Of a DNA stretch of 23,062 nucleotides, positions 1 through 8,448 are shown piece after piece. The stretch is from NCBI GenBank assembly GCA_041694885.1, contig JBGFRX010000015.1, positions 1-23,062 of the forward strand, given 5' to 3'. Source of the DNA: Candidatus Micrarchaeota archaeon (GTDB lineage Archaea > Micrarchaeota > Micrarchaeia > Anstonellales > Bilamarchaeaceae). Both the position numbers and the translations under genes were made by a program. A model generated the notes under the pieces. The model was given only the letters and a program-made list of their open reading frames with translations, did no database searches and was not told where the DNA came from. The stretch's first letter is position 1. Each line of letters begins with the position of its first letter.

Positions 1-1390
1 AGAGGAAGAAAAAGAAACCGAAGCGAAAGAAAAAACGATTTCCAGGGAGAGAGTGATTTCCACCTCAGGATTCGAATTCGAGCGCCAGCCCTTTGAGGAA
101 ACGAAGAAGGAAAAAGAGGCAGAATTGGGGAAACGCATATCCGATTTGATTTCAAAACCCGGCGCTGCTGAAGGGAAAGAAGAAAAAATCGGGATTGAGG
201 GGGAAGAAAAGCCGGAGGAGAAAGTCCACGAGCGCGGAGCGCGCGAAATGCGCGAAGAACCGGAGGTGCACCGCGAGGTGGAACCGTTGGCTGAGGAAAA
301 GGAAAAGCCCGAATTGCCGGAAACGCAGAAAATGCCCGAACAGCGCAAGGAAAAGGAGGAAGAAAAAGCGGAAATATCAGAAAAGCAAAAGGAATTCTCA
401 AAGGAAACGCGGGAAGTGATGGCAGGAGAAGTTCCGGGCGAAGGAATTCCTTACCTCGAAAAGCACGAGAACGTTTCCCTCGCAGTCCCGAAGTTCCTCT
501 CCCTCACGCCCGAGGAAGCGGCAGAACAGAAATATGCGGAAATAGAATCAAAGGTGCCTCAGGTGCTCGCGAAAATGGATGAGAGCGAGACGAAAAAGCA
601 GATGATAGAATTAACGAAGGAACTGTTCAGGGAAAAGAGCATCGCGCGCAAGCAGAAAATCAAGGGAGAAATAGCCACCTTAAGGGAGATGCTCTCGAGA
701 AAGACAGAGCTGCCGAAGCGCGCGGTTTCCTATGCGACCAGCTTCCTCAATAACATGGAAGTGGCGCACAAGACTGAAATCGCGGCAGCTAAGGACAATC
801 TCACGGGCCAGTACAGAAGCCAGCTCTCGAAAACACTCGAAAGCTTTACAGCAGCGCTCCGGCTTGCAAAAGGGGAAGAGGAGAGGAAAGCGGTTTACGA
901 AACGTTCGTTTCGGACCTGGAAACGCTGCACGGACAGGTGGAGGCGCTGAGCGACAAGTACGAGTCGTTCTTCCTCCGCGAACACACGTTGGCGCTGGAA
1001 AAGCTGCGCGGAGTCGCCTCCATGAAGAACGACAAATACGTGGCGGAAAAGATAGGGGAGCGGCTCAACGAGATGAAGTTCACCTATGCTGCAGAATTCC
1101 TTTCGCTCGAAGATGCTGTGAAGAAGGAGGTAACATCCCTGATAAAGACCAAGAAGCACGAGGCGCTCGAGTCGCGCGTGAGCGAAGATATGGAGAAAGT
1201 GCTTTCGATAGTTAATATGAAGGAGGAGGAACTCCTCAAGTACATCCATGCGCACCATAAGGACAACTACCTTGAGTTCGAAGGAGGGAAAATAACGCGG
1301 CTTGAACTACTTACGATTGCCCGCACCCTCATGGCCAGGGAGGCGGGTCTCAAAAAGGACACCATAATTAAATATTTCGGTGAAATATAG
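1..1390 (+). CDS. 5'-truncated hypothetical protein with an E/K-rich low-complexity N-terminal part and a long helical (probably coiled-coil) body; lies directly upstream of the pilus platform genes
   Basis: Frame 2 is open from base 2 (gag gaa gaa aaa gaa acc..., EEEKETEAKEKTISRERVIS), so the GTG at 53 is internal. Very Glu/Lys-rich, with no transmembrane segment and no recognisable catalytic motif. Confidence 0.8.
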   Translation, partial: EEEKETEAKEKTISRERVISTSGFEFERQPFEETKKEKEAELGKRISDLISKPGAAEGKEEKIGIEGEEKPEEKVHERGAREMREEPEVHREVEPLAEEKEKPELPETQKMPEQRKEKEEEKAEISEKQKEFSKETREVMAGEVPGEGIPYLEKHENVSLAVPKFLSLTPEEAAEQKYAEIESKVPQVLAKMDESETKKQMIELTKELFREKSIARKQKIKGEIATLREMLSRKTELPKRAVSYATSFLNNMEVAHKTEIAAAKDNLTGQYRSQLSKTLESFTAALRLAKGEEERKAVYETFVSDLETLHGQVEALSDKYESFFLREHTLALEKLRGVASMKNDKYVAEKIGERLNEMKFTYAAEFLSLEDAVKKEVTSLIKTKKHEALESRVSEDMEKVLSIVNMKEEELLKYIHAHHKDNYLEFEGGKITRLELLTIARTLMAREAGLKKDTIIKYFGEI

Positions 1391-1435
1391 ACGGTTCGCA
1401 AGACGATGAATCAAATCCACGGCATAGGTAAAAAT

Positions 1436-2338
1436 ATGGTTGAGGGAAAAACAGCGCACCCGACAGTCCCGGTTTCCAGCGTAAGGGGTCTGCGTTCGCA
1501 GAAAAGGGGCGGAGCGCTCCGCCCGTTCGCCGAATCCCTCCTTCCCTACTTTCCCAATCTGAAGAAAAAACTGTATTTAGCAGGCATGGCGGATACGCCG
1601 GTGCAGTTCCTGGAAAAGGCGCTGTTCACGTCGCTCTATGTTTCTGCTGCGCTCGCTATAATTGCAGCGATTGCTTTCCGCATTTTATTCATAAACGTGC
1701 TGTTCGCCGTTGCAGCGCTTCCGCTGATTTTCGCAATCGTGTTCTTCTACCTTCGGCTCTATCCTGAGGCGAAGATGATTTCGAGACAGAGGGACATAGA
1801 CAGCGAGCTCGTGTTCGCAGGAAGGCACATGCTGATAGCGTTGCACGCAGGCATGCCTCTTTTCGATTCCCTGGTTGGCGTCTCTTCGGGCTATGGTGCG
1901 GTGAGCGGGGAGTTCAGGAAAATAATCGAAAAGATTAACATGGGAGTTCCCATGGGCCAGGCGATGCGCGAGGCAGGCGCCGATTCACCGAGCGGCGCGT
2001 ACGCGCGCATAATGATGCAGCTCGCGAACGCCATTTCCTCTGGAGCGGACGTTGCCTCTTCGCTCGAGGCGGTGCTCAACCAGGTGGCAAAGGAGCAGGC
2101 GATAGCTCTCAAGGCATACGGCCAGAAGCTCAATCCGCTCGTGATGTTCTTCATGATATTCGGGATAATATTCCCCTCGCTGGGCGTCGCGTTCGCGATA
2201 ATACTTTTCTCACTTGTAAGTGGAGGAGTGATAGGGCTGAACTCCTCATCGCTGATTTACGTCCTCGCATTCATCGCCTTGGTCCAATACATTTTCCTCA
2301 GCGTAATGGAGACTTCAAGGCCGAGGTTCAACCTGTAG
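1436..2338 (+). CDS. Type II secretion system F (TadB/TadC/FlaJ-like) pilus assembly platform protein
   Basis: Two N-terminal TM helices, then YPxxKxxxRxxxIDxEL, 'ALHAGMPLFDSL', 'YGAVSGEFRKIIEKINMGVPMGQAM', 'SSGADVASSLE', and C-terminal TM helices, all typical of the T2SSF domain. ATG 1436 follows AGGT; 1406 is an alternative start. Confidence 0.88.
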   Translation: MVEGKTAHPTVPVSSVRGLRSQKRGGALRPFAESLLPYFPNLKKKLYLAGMADTPVQFLEKALFTSLYVSAALAIIAAIAFRILFINVLFAVAALPLIFAIVFFYLRLYPEAKMISRQRDIDSELVFAGRHMLIALHAGMPLFDSLVGVSSGYGAVSGEFRKIIEKINMGVPMGQAMREAGADSPSGAYARIMMQLANAISSGADVASSLEAVLNQVAKEQAIALKAYGQKLNPLVMFFMIFGIIFPSLGVAFAIILFSLVSGGVIGLNSSSLIYVLAFIALVQYIFLSVMETSRPRFNL

Positions 2339-2350
2339 CAAGTGAGATAT

Positions 2351-3424
2351 ATGGCAGTGAAATTCTTCGAAGCTCTGGGTCGGCTGCTTTCGCGCGAGCG
2401 GATGCACTCATTCGAAAAGAGGACGAGGGCAGCAGGAATCCTGGTTCCCCCTGAGCTTTTTGCCGGCTACATAGTCGCAACCGCGCTCACAGCAGCGCTC
2501 TTCCTCGCAGCAGTGCTTTCCCTTCTCCCTACCTCACAGAAATACTTCCTTTCGCTCACCACTGGCGCGCTTTCCGCGTTGGGCATCCAGCCACTGGAGC
2601 CATTTGCGCTCAAGGCCATCACAATCACATTAGTACTCGCGCTTTCGCTCGCAGCAGTAATATTTGCTTCCTATATAGTGCTTTCCGCAATGCTCATACT
2701 CCTTTCCGAAGCGAGGAAGAACGCGGTGGAGGCGGTGCTTCCGGATTTCCTGACGCTCATAGGCGCGAACGCGCGCGCAGGCATGACCATAGACCAGGCG
2801 ATGTGGTATGCTGCGAAGCCTGAATTCGGGCTTCTGAGCATGGAGGTAAAAAGCGTGATAAAGGGCGCGTTTAGCGGGGAGTCGCTCAGCTCGGCGCTGG
2901 ATCGCCTCAACGAACGCTTCGATTCCCGCGTGCTGGAGCGCACGATTTCTCTCATGAAGCAGGCGTCAGTCACAGGGGGAGAAGTGGCGAAGATACTGGA
3001 AATGACTTCCTCTGATGCAAGAGAGACCGCTATGCTCAGAAAGGACATCGCTGCCTCGCTCCTTATCTATGAAATATTCGTAATATTCTCGGCAGCGCTC
3101 GGCGCCCCATTCCTTCTCGCGGTTGTGAACAAGCTTCTTGGAGTGCTCGAGAAGTCGTTCGCGTTCCTTCCGCAGACCGTTTCGCAGGTGAGCACTTTCG
3201 TGAAGTCTTCGGCGCCCCTCATAACTTCCTCGGATTTCTTTTACTTCTCGATTGCGACGATATTCATAACCTCGCTCATATCATCTTTCATAATTGGGAT
3301 AGTGCGCACCGGCTCTAAGAACCAGGGGATAAAATACTTTCCGTTCATGCTGCTTGCAGCGTACTTGGTGTTCTTCACCGTCTCGTCGTTCCTTGAGTTG
3401 TTCTTCACAGGCATGCTGATATGA
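2351..3424 (+). CDS. Second T2SSF (TadC-like) pilus assembly platform protein
   Basis: 'RKNAVEAVLPDFLTLIGANARAGMTIDQAM', 'PEFGLLSMEV', 'GESLSSAL', 'TGGEVAKILE' and several TM helices. Tandem with the previous T2SSF gene. GTG 2342 is an alternative start. Confidence 0.9.
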   Translation: MAVKFFEALGRLLSRERMHSFEKRTRAAGILVPPELFAGYIVATALTAALFLAAVLSLLPTSQKYFLSLTTGALSALGIQPLEPFALKAITITLVLALSLAAVIFASYIVLSAMLILLSEARKNAVEAVLPDFLTLIGANARAGMTIDQAMWYAAKPEFGLLSMEVKSVIKGAFSGESLSSALDRLNERFDSRVLERTISLMKQASVTGGEVAKILEMTSSDARETAMLRKDIAASLLIYEIFVIFSAALGAPFLLAVVNKLLGVLEKSFAFLPQTVSQVSTFVKSSAPLITSSDFFYFSIATIFITSLISSFIIGIVRTGSKNQGIKYFPFMLLAAYLVFFTVSSFLELFFTGMLI

Positions 3425-3441
3425 AATTTGGGGGTGTTAGA

Positions 3442-4026
3442 ATGGGAAATGAGAATGCGTGCAGGGAAGTCGGTGCCCGGAACCAGAAATCCGGAACACA
3501 GAACAGCGCGAAAGGCCAGGCAGGCATCGAGTACCTGATGACCTACGGCTGGGCGATATTCGTAATAGCAATAGTTATCGGCTTGCTGTGGATAATCTTC
3601 GCCCAGCTCAAGGTGGAGCAGTGCAACATGCCCACCGGCTTCGTGTGTAACGATCCAATGCCCCAGATATTCAGCTACCAGGGCAAAGACTACATAAACT
3701 TCAAACTGCACAACAAGCAGGCGCAGGGGTTGAAAATATCCAAGATTCTATGCACAACTACCTCACCGCAGGACGCGAAAGAGAGCGACGCGACCGACCT
3801 TTCCTTGCAGGGCATAACAATTCCTGCGGGAAGCAGCTACGAGTTCATAGAATCCAACGCAGGGCAGAAAATCGCATGCAAGAGCGGTTCGAACGCCCTG
3901 ACTCTCGCGGCTGGTCAGGACTTCAGGGGCTACGTTGTGGTATGGTATAATTACGAGAACGATCTGGACCAGACGATAAAGAGGACCGTGAGCGCAAGCG
4001 TCGCGGGAACGATACTCCAGGGATAA
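3442..4026 (+). CDS. Class III signal peptide-containing type IV pilin-like protein
   Basis: Leader ends in KG/QAGIEYLMTYGWAIFVIAIVIGLLWII (Q at +1, E at +5, hydrophobic N-helix). Four Cys in the globular domain (CNMPTGFVC, LCT, ACK). GGGGGTG Shine-Dalgarno-like sequence precedes ATG 3442. Confidence 0.88.
   Translation: MGNENACREVGARNQKSGTQNSAKGQAGIEYLMTYGWAIFVIAIVIGLLWIIFAQLKVEQCNMPTGFVCNDPMPQIFSYQGKDYINFKLHNKQAQGLKISKILCTTTSPQDAKESDATDLSLQGITIPAGSSYEFIESNAGQKIACKSGSNALTLAAGQDFRGYVVVWYNYENDLDQTIKRTVSASVAGTILQG
3465..3506 (+). repeat. Degenerate heptamer tandem repeat inside the pilin leader
   Basis: In-register 7-mers GGAAGTC GGTGCCC GGAACCA GAAATCC GGAACAC AGAACAG. Confidence 0.5.
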
Positions 4027-4061
4027 TCCTTTCTTCTTTATTTTTTTCTCAGAGTATTTTT
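4027..4061 (+). terminator. Oligo-T/pyrimidine tract, putative archaeal intrinsic terminator of the pilus operon
   Basis: tcctttcttctttatttttttctc immediately after the pilin stop codon, between convergent genes. Confidence 0.5.
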
Positions 4062-5273
4062 CTACGTCCCGTACATCTTCGCTTTTCCAATGATATTGAG
4101 GATAATCGGCATCACATCCTTTCCCCGTATGTGCCCGAGCCCGCCGTTCATCGCATTAATTTCGTCGAATTTCTTCAGCCCGTCGCTTCTCCCTCCCTTC
4201 TCATAGACGAGTATAGGCACCTCGTAGCCCGTGTGCTCCTTCCTTGAGCACACAGTGCTATGGTCTCCGGTAATGATGATTGCAGCGCCGGTCTCAGTAA
4301 GCAGAGGAATAAGTTCCTTATCCACGCGCTCGATGAATTTCCTTTTCCCTTCCGCATTTCCGTCGTGGGAAAAGCTGTCCGTTGCCTTCACGTGCACGAA
4401 AACGAAATCGTTTTTTGCAAGCGCCTTCTGCGCGGCAAATCCCTTTGCCTTCAAATCCGTTTCCTTAGTGCCTGTTGCGCCCGGAACTTCCAAAACGTCC
4501 AGGCCAACAAAACGCGAAACCCCTCTGTAGAGCGCCCCTCCTGCAACGCACGCGCCCTTTATTCCGTGCACCTCGCTGAATGAGGGGACTCGTTTGTATC
4601 TTCCTGCCCCGCGTACCAAAATCGCGTTTGCGGGAGGCAGCCCTTTCTTTTTTCTTTCAATATTTATCCGGTTGGTTTCGAGTTTCGCGCTCACTACTTC
4701 GGTGAATTTGTTTATTATTTCCGCAGTTCTTTTAGCTTCCGCAGTTTCGTCAGTGGGAACGCACACGTGCATCATTCCAGTATGGTGCGGGTCAGTAGGG
4801 GAAACATTCGCACTCAAGTTACTTCCCTTCAATACAAGCGCACCCCTGTGCTCGCTCGTGGATTTGAAAATCACCTCCACGTCCCCTATTCTGATGTTCG
4901 CTTCTTTCTCGAGCCCTTTCGCAGCAACGCTTTCGAGCCGGCCCGCTCTCCTGTCCAAGATGTTTTTTCCTGAAATAGTGGCGAAATTCGCCCTGAACGC
5001 AACGTCTCCTTCCTCCAGCAGCATAGCTGCGCCCAATGCCTCGAGAGGCCCCCTTCCGCAATAATATTTTTCAGGCGCATAGCCGAGGATGGAGAGATGC
5101 GCGGTGTCGCTTCCCGGAACTGTCCCCCTTGAAATCGTGCTCATCAATCCCTGAATTCCGTTTTTCGCAAGCCGTTCGATATTCGGCTTTTTCGCCATTT
5201 GCAAAGGGGTGGATTTCGGAGCAGGCAGGTCGCCCAATCCGTCCAGAATAAGCAATATCGCCTTGTTCACCAT
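4062..5273 (-). CDS. apgM: Archaeal 2,3-bisphosphoglycerate-independent phosphoglycerate mutase
   Basis: LILDGLGD, TPLQMAKKPN, PGSDTAHLSILGY, GRGPLEALG, AFRANFAT, DRRAGR, HVKATDSFSHDG, TGDHST motifs. Start placed at MVNKAILL (5273). Confidence 0.95.
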   Translation of the reverse strand: MVNKAILLILDGLGDLPAPKSTPLQMAKKPNIERLAKNGIQGLMSTISRGTVPGSDTAHLSILGYAPEKYYCGRGPLEALGAAMLLEEGDVAFRANFATISGKNILDRRAGRLESVAAKGLEKEANIRIGDVEVIFKSTSEHRGALVLKGSNLSANVSPTDPHHTGMMHVCVPTDETAEAKRTAEIINKFTEVVSAKLETNRINIERKKKGLPPANAILVRGAGRYKRVPSFSEVHGIKGACVAGGALYRGVSRFVGLDVLEVPGATGTKETDLKAKGFAAQKALAKNDFVFVHVKATDSFSHDGNAEGKRKFIERVDKELIPLLTETGAAIIITGDHSTVCSRKEHTGYEVPILVYEKGGRSDGLKKFDEINAMNGGLGHIRGKDVMPIILNIIGKAKMYGT

Positions 5274-5371
5274 GTTCTGAATAATAGGATAAAAATTATA
5301 AATCCGCATCGCACTGGAAAGCACCTCTCCTCCGCAGCTATTAAAAACCTTACTTCCACTATTAGTCCCCT

Positions 5372-5424
5372 GAATTTTTCTTTATAAGAAAATTCTACGG
5401 CTAGCTCTTCGCGTTGCGCGAAGA
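5372..5424. promoter_or_regulatory. Divergent apgM/mcm promoter region with a TATA box inside a palindrome and a second GC-rich inverted repeat
   Basis: TTTTCTT-TAT-AAGAAAA (5376-5392) contains TTTATAA. TCTTCGCG-TTG-CGCGAAGA (5406-5424) is a perfect 8-bp inverted repeat. Confidence 0.45.
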
Positions 5425-5476
5425 TAATAAAAAAAGAAGGCGCGGAGCGCAATTACACGATTTCTATGGGAGAAAC

Positions 5477-7513
5477 ATGGTAGAAGATATTTCATCACTC
5501 GCGGATACATTGCACGACTTTTTCAACTCCACTTATAAGGAGAAGATAAACTCACTGCTCGCGCACTATCCTGCAAAAAAGAGCTTGATCGTAGATTATA
5601 CTGATTTGGAGAAATACGATGTGGACATTGCTGACCGGCTCCAGAAGAAGCCGGACGAGGTGATTGCAGCAGCAGGCCAGGCGATCGCCTCGATGAACAT
5701 AAACGTTCCGGGCCACGGCGCATTCGCCCCTAATGTGCGCTTCTTCAATTTGCCTGACAACAACCAGCTCATAGAGAATATAAGCTCTAAGAATTTGGGC
5801 GAGATGGTCGCAGTAAAAGGAGTGGTGAACAGGCGCGCGGACGTTATGCACAAGATGCAGGTGGTCGTGTACAAGTGCCAGGTGTGCGACTCGGTGTACA
5901 AACTGCTGGTGGAGCGCGATTTCGTGCCTCTAAGGAGATGCGAGTCGTGCAGGAAGACAAGCCTCAGGCAGATGGACGAAGAAAGCAAGTTCGTGGATCT
6001 CCAGAAGGCGGAAATACAGGAACTTCTCGAGCGCGTGCGCGGCGGAACTCCGGCAGCGCGGCTGGAAATCTGGATGGAGGACGACATAGTGAATTCCTTC
6101 GTCCCAGGAGACAACGTAGAAGTTACCGGCGTCCTGCGGCTCAAGCCGCCTTCGGCGCAGAAAGGCAAGCAGGAGATGATATACGGCAGGTACATAGAAG
6201 TCAATTCCGTGAGGAACCTGCGCAGGGATTTCGAGGAGCTGGACATCTCAAAGGAAGAGGTTAAGCGCATACTCGACTTCTCGAAAGATCCCAGGCTCGC
6301 AAAGAAGGTTATGGAATCCATAGCTCCCTCAATTTACGGGCACAGCGAAGTCAAATACGCGATCGCGCTCCAGATTTTCGGCGGAACCAAGGGAAAAATA
6401 ACCAAGGGCCTGCCGATACGCGACGACATACACATAATCCTCATCGGCGACCCTGGAATCGCAAAAAGCCGCTTTTTGCAAAGCGTGATGGACATCGCGC
6501 CGAAGAAGATATACGTGAGCGGCAAATCCGTCTCAGGTGTGGGGCTGACAGTGGCAGTGGAAAAGGACGAGCTGAGCGGAGGTGGCTGGACGCTCAAGGC
6601 AGGCGCATTGGTGCTCGCGAGCGGAGGTCTCGCTGCAATAGACGAGTTCGACAAGATAGAGGACGAGGATAGGGCAGCGCTGCACGAAGTCATGGAGGGC
6701 CAGACAGTCAGCATAGCAAAGGCAGGCCTTGTAGCTACGTTCAGGGCCAAGACGGCGATACTCGCAGCAGCGAACCCGAAGTTCGGAAGGTTCAACGCGA
6801 ACAAAAACCTGGTGGAGCAGTTCGAAATCCCCTCTTCGCTCATGTCCCGCTTCGACCTGATATTCCCGATATTGGATATTCTGGATGTGGAAAAGGACAC
6901 CAAGCTCGCCGAGTATATTCTTAATGCGCACCATCAGGCATCGCTCGCGGAAAGCGAAAAGACCGAGGAAAAGGAGCTAATCGAAAAGGACTTCCTGCGC
7001 AAGTATATCTCCTACGCGAGAAGGCACGTTTTCCCCAAACTGACAAGGGATGCGATGGATCGGCTCAAGGAATATTACATAGACCTGAGGAAGCGTGGAA
7101 AAGCCACTGAAACAGTTCCGATTACACCTCGTTATTTGGAAGGGTTGGTACGGCTTTCCGAGGCGAACGCGAAGATGCGCCTGAGCCAGACAGTCGAAAG
7201 GTCGGATGCAGACGTTGCCATAAACCTGATCAATTATGTGATGGAAAAAGTAATGACCGACAAGGAGACCGGGCTCGCAGACGTCAGTATAATCGAAACC
7301 GGGAAGACGAAGAGCCAGCTCGAGAGGAACGAGTTCGTTTACGAAATAGTAAAGGAATTGTGCAGGAAATTCGACGTTGCGGAGGAGGAGCAGATAATAA
7401 GCGAGGCGAAGGCTTACAACCTTGAAGAGCATCAGGTGAGGAGAATACTCGAGGACATGGTAAGGAATGGGCAACTCTACAAGCCGGCACACGGCAAATA
7501 CCACAACGCATAG
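5477..7513 (+). CDS. mcm: Minichromosome maintenance (MCM) replicative helicase
   Basis: Zn finger CQVC...CESC, SIAPSIYG, Walker A GDPGIAKS, GWTLKAGALVLA, Walker B IDEFDK, LAAANPKFGRF, arginine finger SRFD, ITPRYLEGLVRLSEA, C-terminal winged-helix-sized domain. GGGAG precedes ATG 5477. No intein-sized insertion. Confidence 0.97.
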   Translation: MVEDISSLADTLHDFFNSTYKEKINSLLAHYPAKKSLIVDYTDLEKYDVDIADRLQKKPDEVIAAAGQAIASMNINVPGHGAFAPNVRFFNLPDNNQLIENISSKNLGEMVAVKGVVNRRADVMHKMQVVVYKCQVCDSVYKLLVERDFVPLRRCESCRKTSLRQMDEESKFVDLQKAEIQELLERVRGGTPAARLEIWMEDDIVNSFVPGDNVEVTGVLRLKPPSAQKGKQEMIYGRYIEVNSVRNLRRDFEELDISKEEVKRILDFSKDPRLAKKVMESIAPSIYGHSEVKYAIALQIFGGTKGKITKGLPIRDDIHIILIGDPGIAKSRFLQSVMDIAPKKIYVSGKSVSGVGLTVAVEKDELSGGGWTLKAGALVLASGGLAAIDEFDKIEDEDRAALHEVMEGQTVSIAKAGLVATFRAKTAILAAANPKFGRFNANKNLVEQFEIPSSLMSRFDLIFPILDILDVEKDTKLAEYILNAHHQASLAESEKTEEKELIEKDFLRKYISYARRHVFPKLTRDAMDRLKEYYIDLRKRGKATETVPITPRYLEGLVRLSEANAKMRLSQTVERSDADVAINLINYVMEKVMTDKETGLADVSIIETGKTKSQLERNEFVYEIVKELCRKFDVAEEEQIISEAKAYNLEEHQVRRILEDMVRNGQLYKPAHGKYHNA

Positions 7514-7534
7514 GCGAACGCCTCGCAATAAAGC

Positions 7535-7562
7535 GGTTTCGGGTTTTGGGTTCAGGGTTCCG
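7535..7562 (-). repeat. Heptamer tandem repeat (4 units) between mcm and the protease gene
   Basis: Plus strand reads GGTTTCG GGTTTTG GGTTCAG GGTTCCG. Confidence 0.6.
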
Positions 7563-7613
7563 GGCAAAACGCAAAAGAGCAGCCCTGCAACGGAAAGCGA
7601 GAAAGCAAAGGTA

Positions 7614-8444
7614 ATGCACGTATTCGCCTACATGCTCGCCCTCTTTATAATCACGCAGATTCTCGGCTTCTATTCCGGCATTTTCATAACCGAAGAAGCA
7701 AAAAGCAACGAAGTGTTTTCAGTATTACAGGCAGTTCCGCAGCCAGCAGAGCCCGCGAGTGCATTTTACCTCCTCTTCTACGTGCTTTTGGGCGCGCTCA
7801 TCATGTACCTTCTGGTGAAATTCTACAAAGGGGAGCTTCTCTTCGTCCTCATAGAGTTCGCCGTCGTCTCTTTTGCCTCATCCATCGTATTCTATTCCTT
7901 CCTGAAGCCGCTACTCCATCTTACTGAGCTGACTGTGGTGGTTTCCATAGCGTTCGGACTCGCTCTTGGACTGCTCAAGAGCGCACTGCCTTCACTGAAA
8001 AATCTTGCAGCGGTGATTGCGACAGCAGGCGCAGGCGCAGTCTTCGGCCTTTCGCTCACATTCTTCACCTCGCTCCTTTTCCTCATTCTGCTTTCAGTTT
8101 ACGATTACATCGCCGTTTTCAGAACGAAGCACATGGTGGAAATGGCTAATTCATTTTCCAAAAAGGAGATGTCATTCATGATAACTTCTAGGCAGAAAAC
8201 GGAAAAAGGGGAAATCCGGCTCGACCTCGGAACAGGAGACATGCTTATGCCGATAATTTTGGAAGTTACCGGCTACCGCCTCAACCCAATGCTCGCAGTG
8301 GTAATCTTCCTCGCATCTGTTTTTTCGATGTTCGTGCTTTTCATCCTACTCACGAAAAAGAAGACGGCGCTTCCCGCGCTCCCGATAATCGCTGTGTGCA
8401 TTTTCGTATTTTTAGGGGTAGCCAAGGTACTCGGAATAATTTGA
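7614..8444 (+). CDS. Presenilin/signal-peptide-peptidase family (GxGD) intramembrane aspartyl protease
   Basis: Catalytic YD (VYDYIAVFRTKHM), LGTGD and PALP motifs in a polytopic membrane protein. ATG 7614 follows AAAGGT. Confidence 0.93.
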   Translation: MHVFAYMLALFIITQILGFYSGIFITEEAKSNEVFSVLQAVPQPAEPASAFYLLFYVLLGALIMYLLVKFYKGELLFVLIEFAVVSFASSIVFYSFLKPLLHLTELTVVVSIAFGLALGLLKSALPSLKNLAAVIATAGAGAVFGLSLTFFTSLLFLILLSVYDYIAVFRTKHMVEMANSFSKKEMSFMITSRQKTEKGEIRLDLGTGDMLMPIILEVTGYRLNPMLAVVIFLASVFSMFVLFILLTKKKTALPALPIIAVCIFVFLGVAKVLGII

Positions 8445-8448
8445 TCGA

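Noticed and set aside
5274..5476. Possible replication origin beside mcm
   Set aside because: No repeated ORB-like boxes recognised, no cdc6/orc1 gene nearby, and the AT-richness is explained by divergent promoters.
5477..7513. MCM as the marker of an integrated virus or plasmid, or as an intein host
   Set aside because: Full-length cellular architecture of normal size, flanked by housekeeping genes, with no integrase and no insertion.
7467..7613. 49-aa N-terminal extension of the presenilin-like protease
   Set aside because: It overlaps the mcm 3' end and runs through an intergenic heptamer repeat. ATG 7614 gives a normal-sized protein.
7614..8444. The GxGD protease as the prepilin peptidase of the nearby pilin
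   Set aside because: YD...GxGD...PALP is the presenilin/SPP (A22) signature, not the A24 prepilin peptidase type. There is no evidence of linkage beyond proximity.
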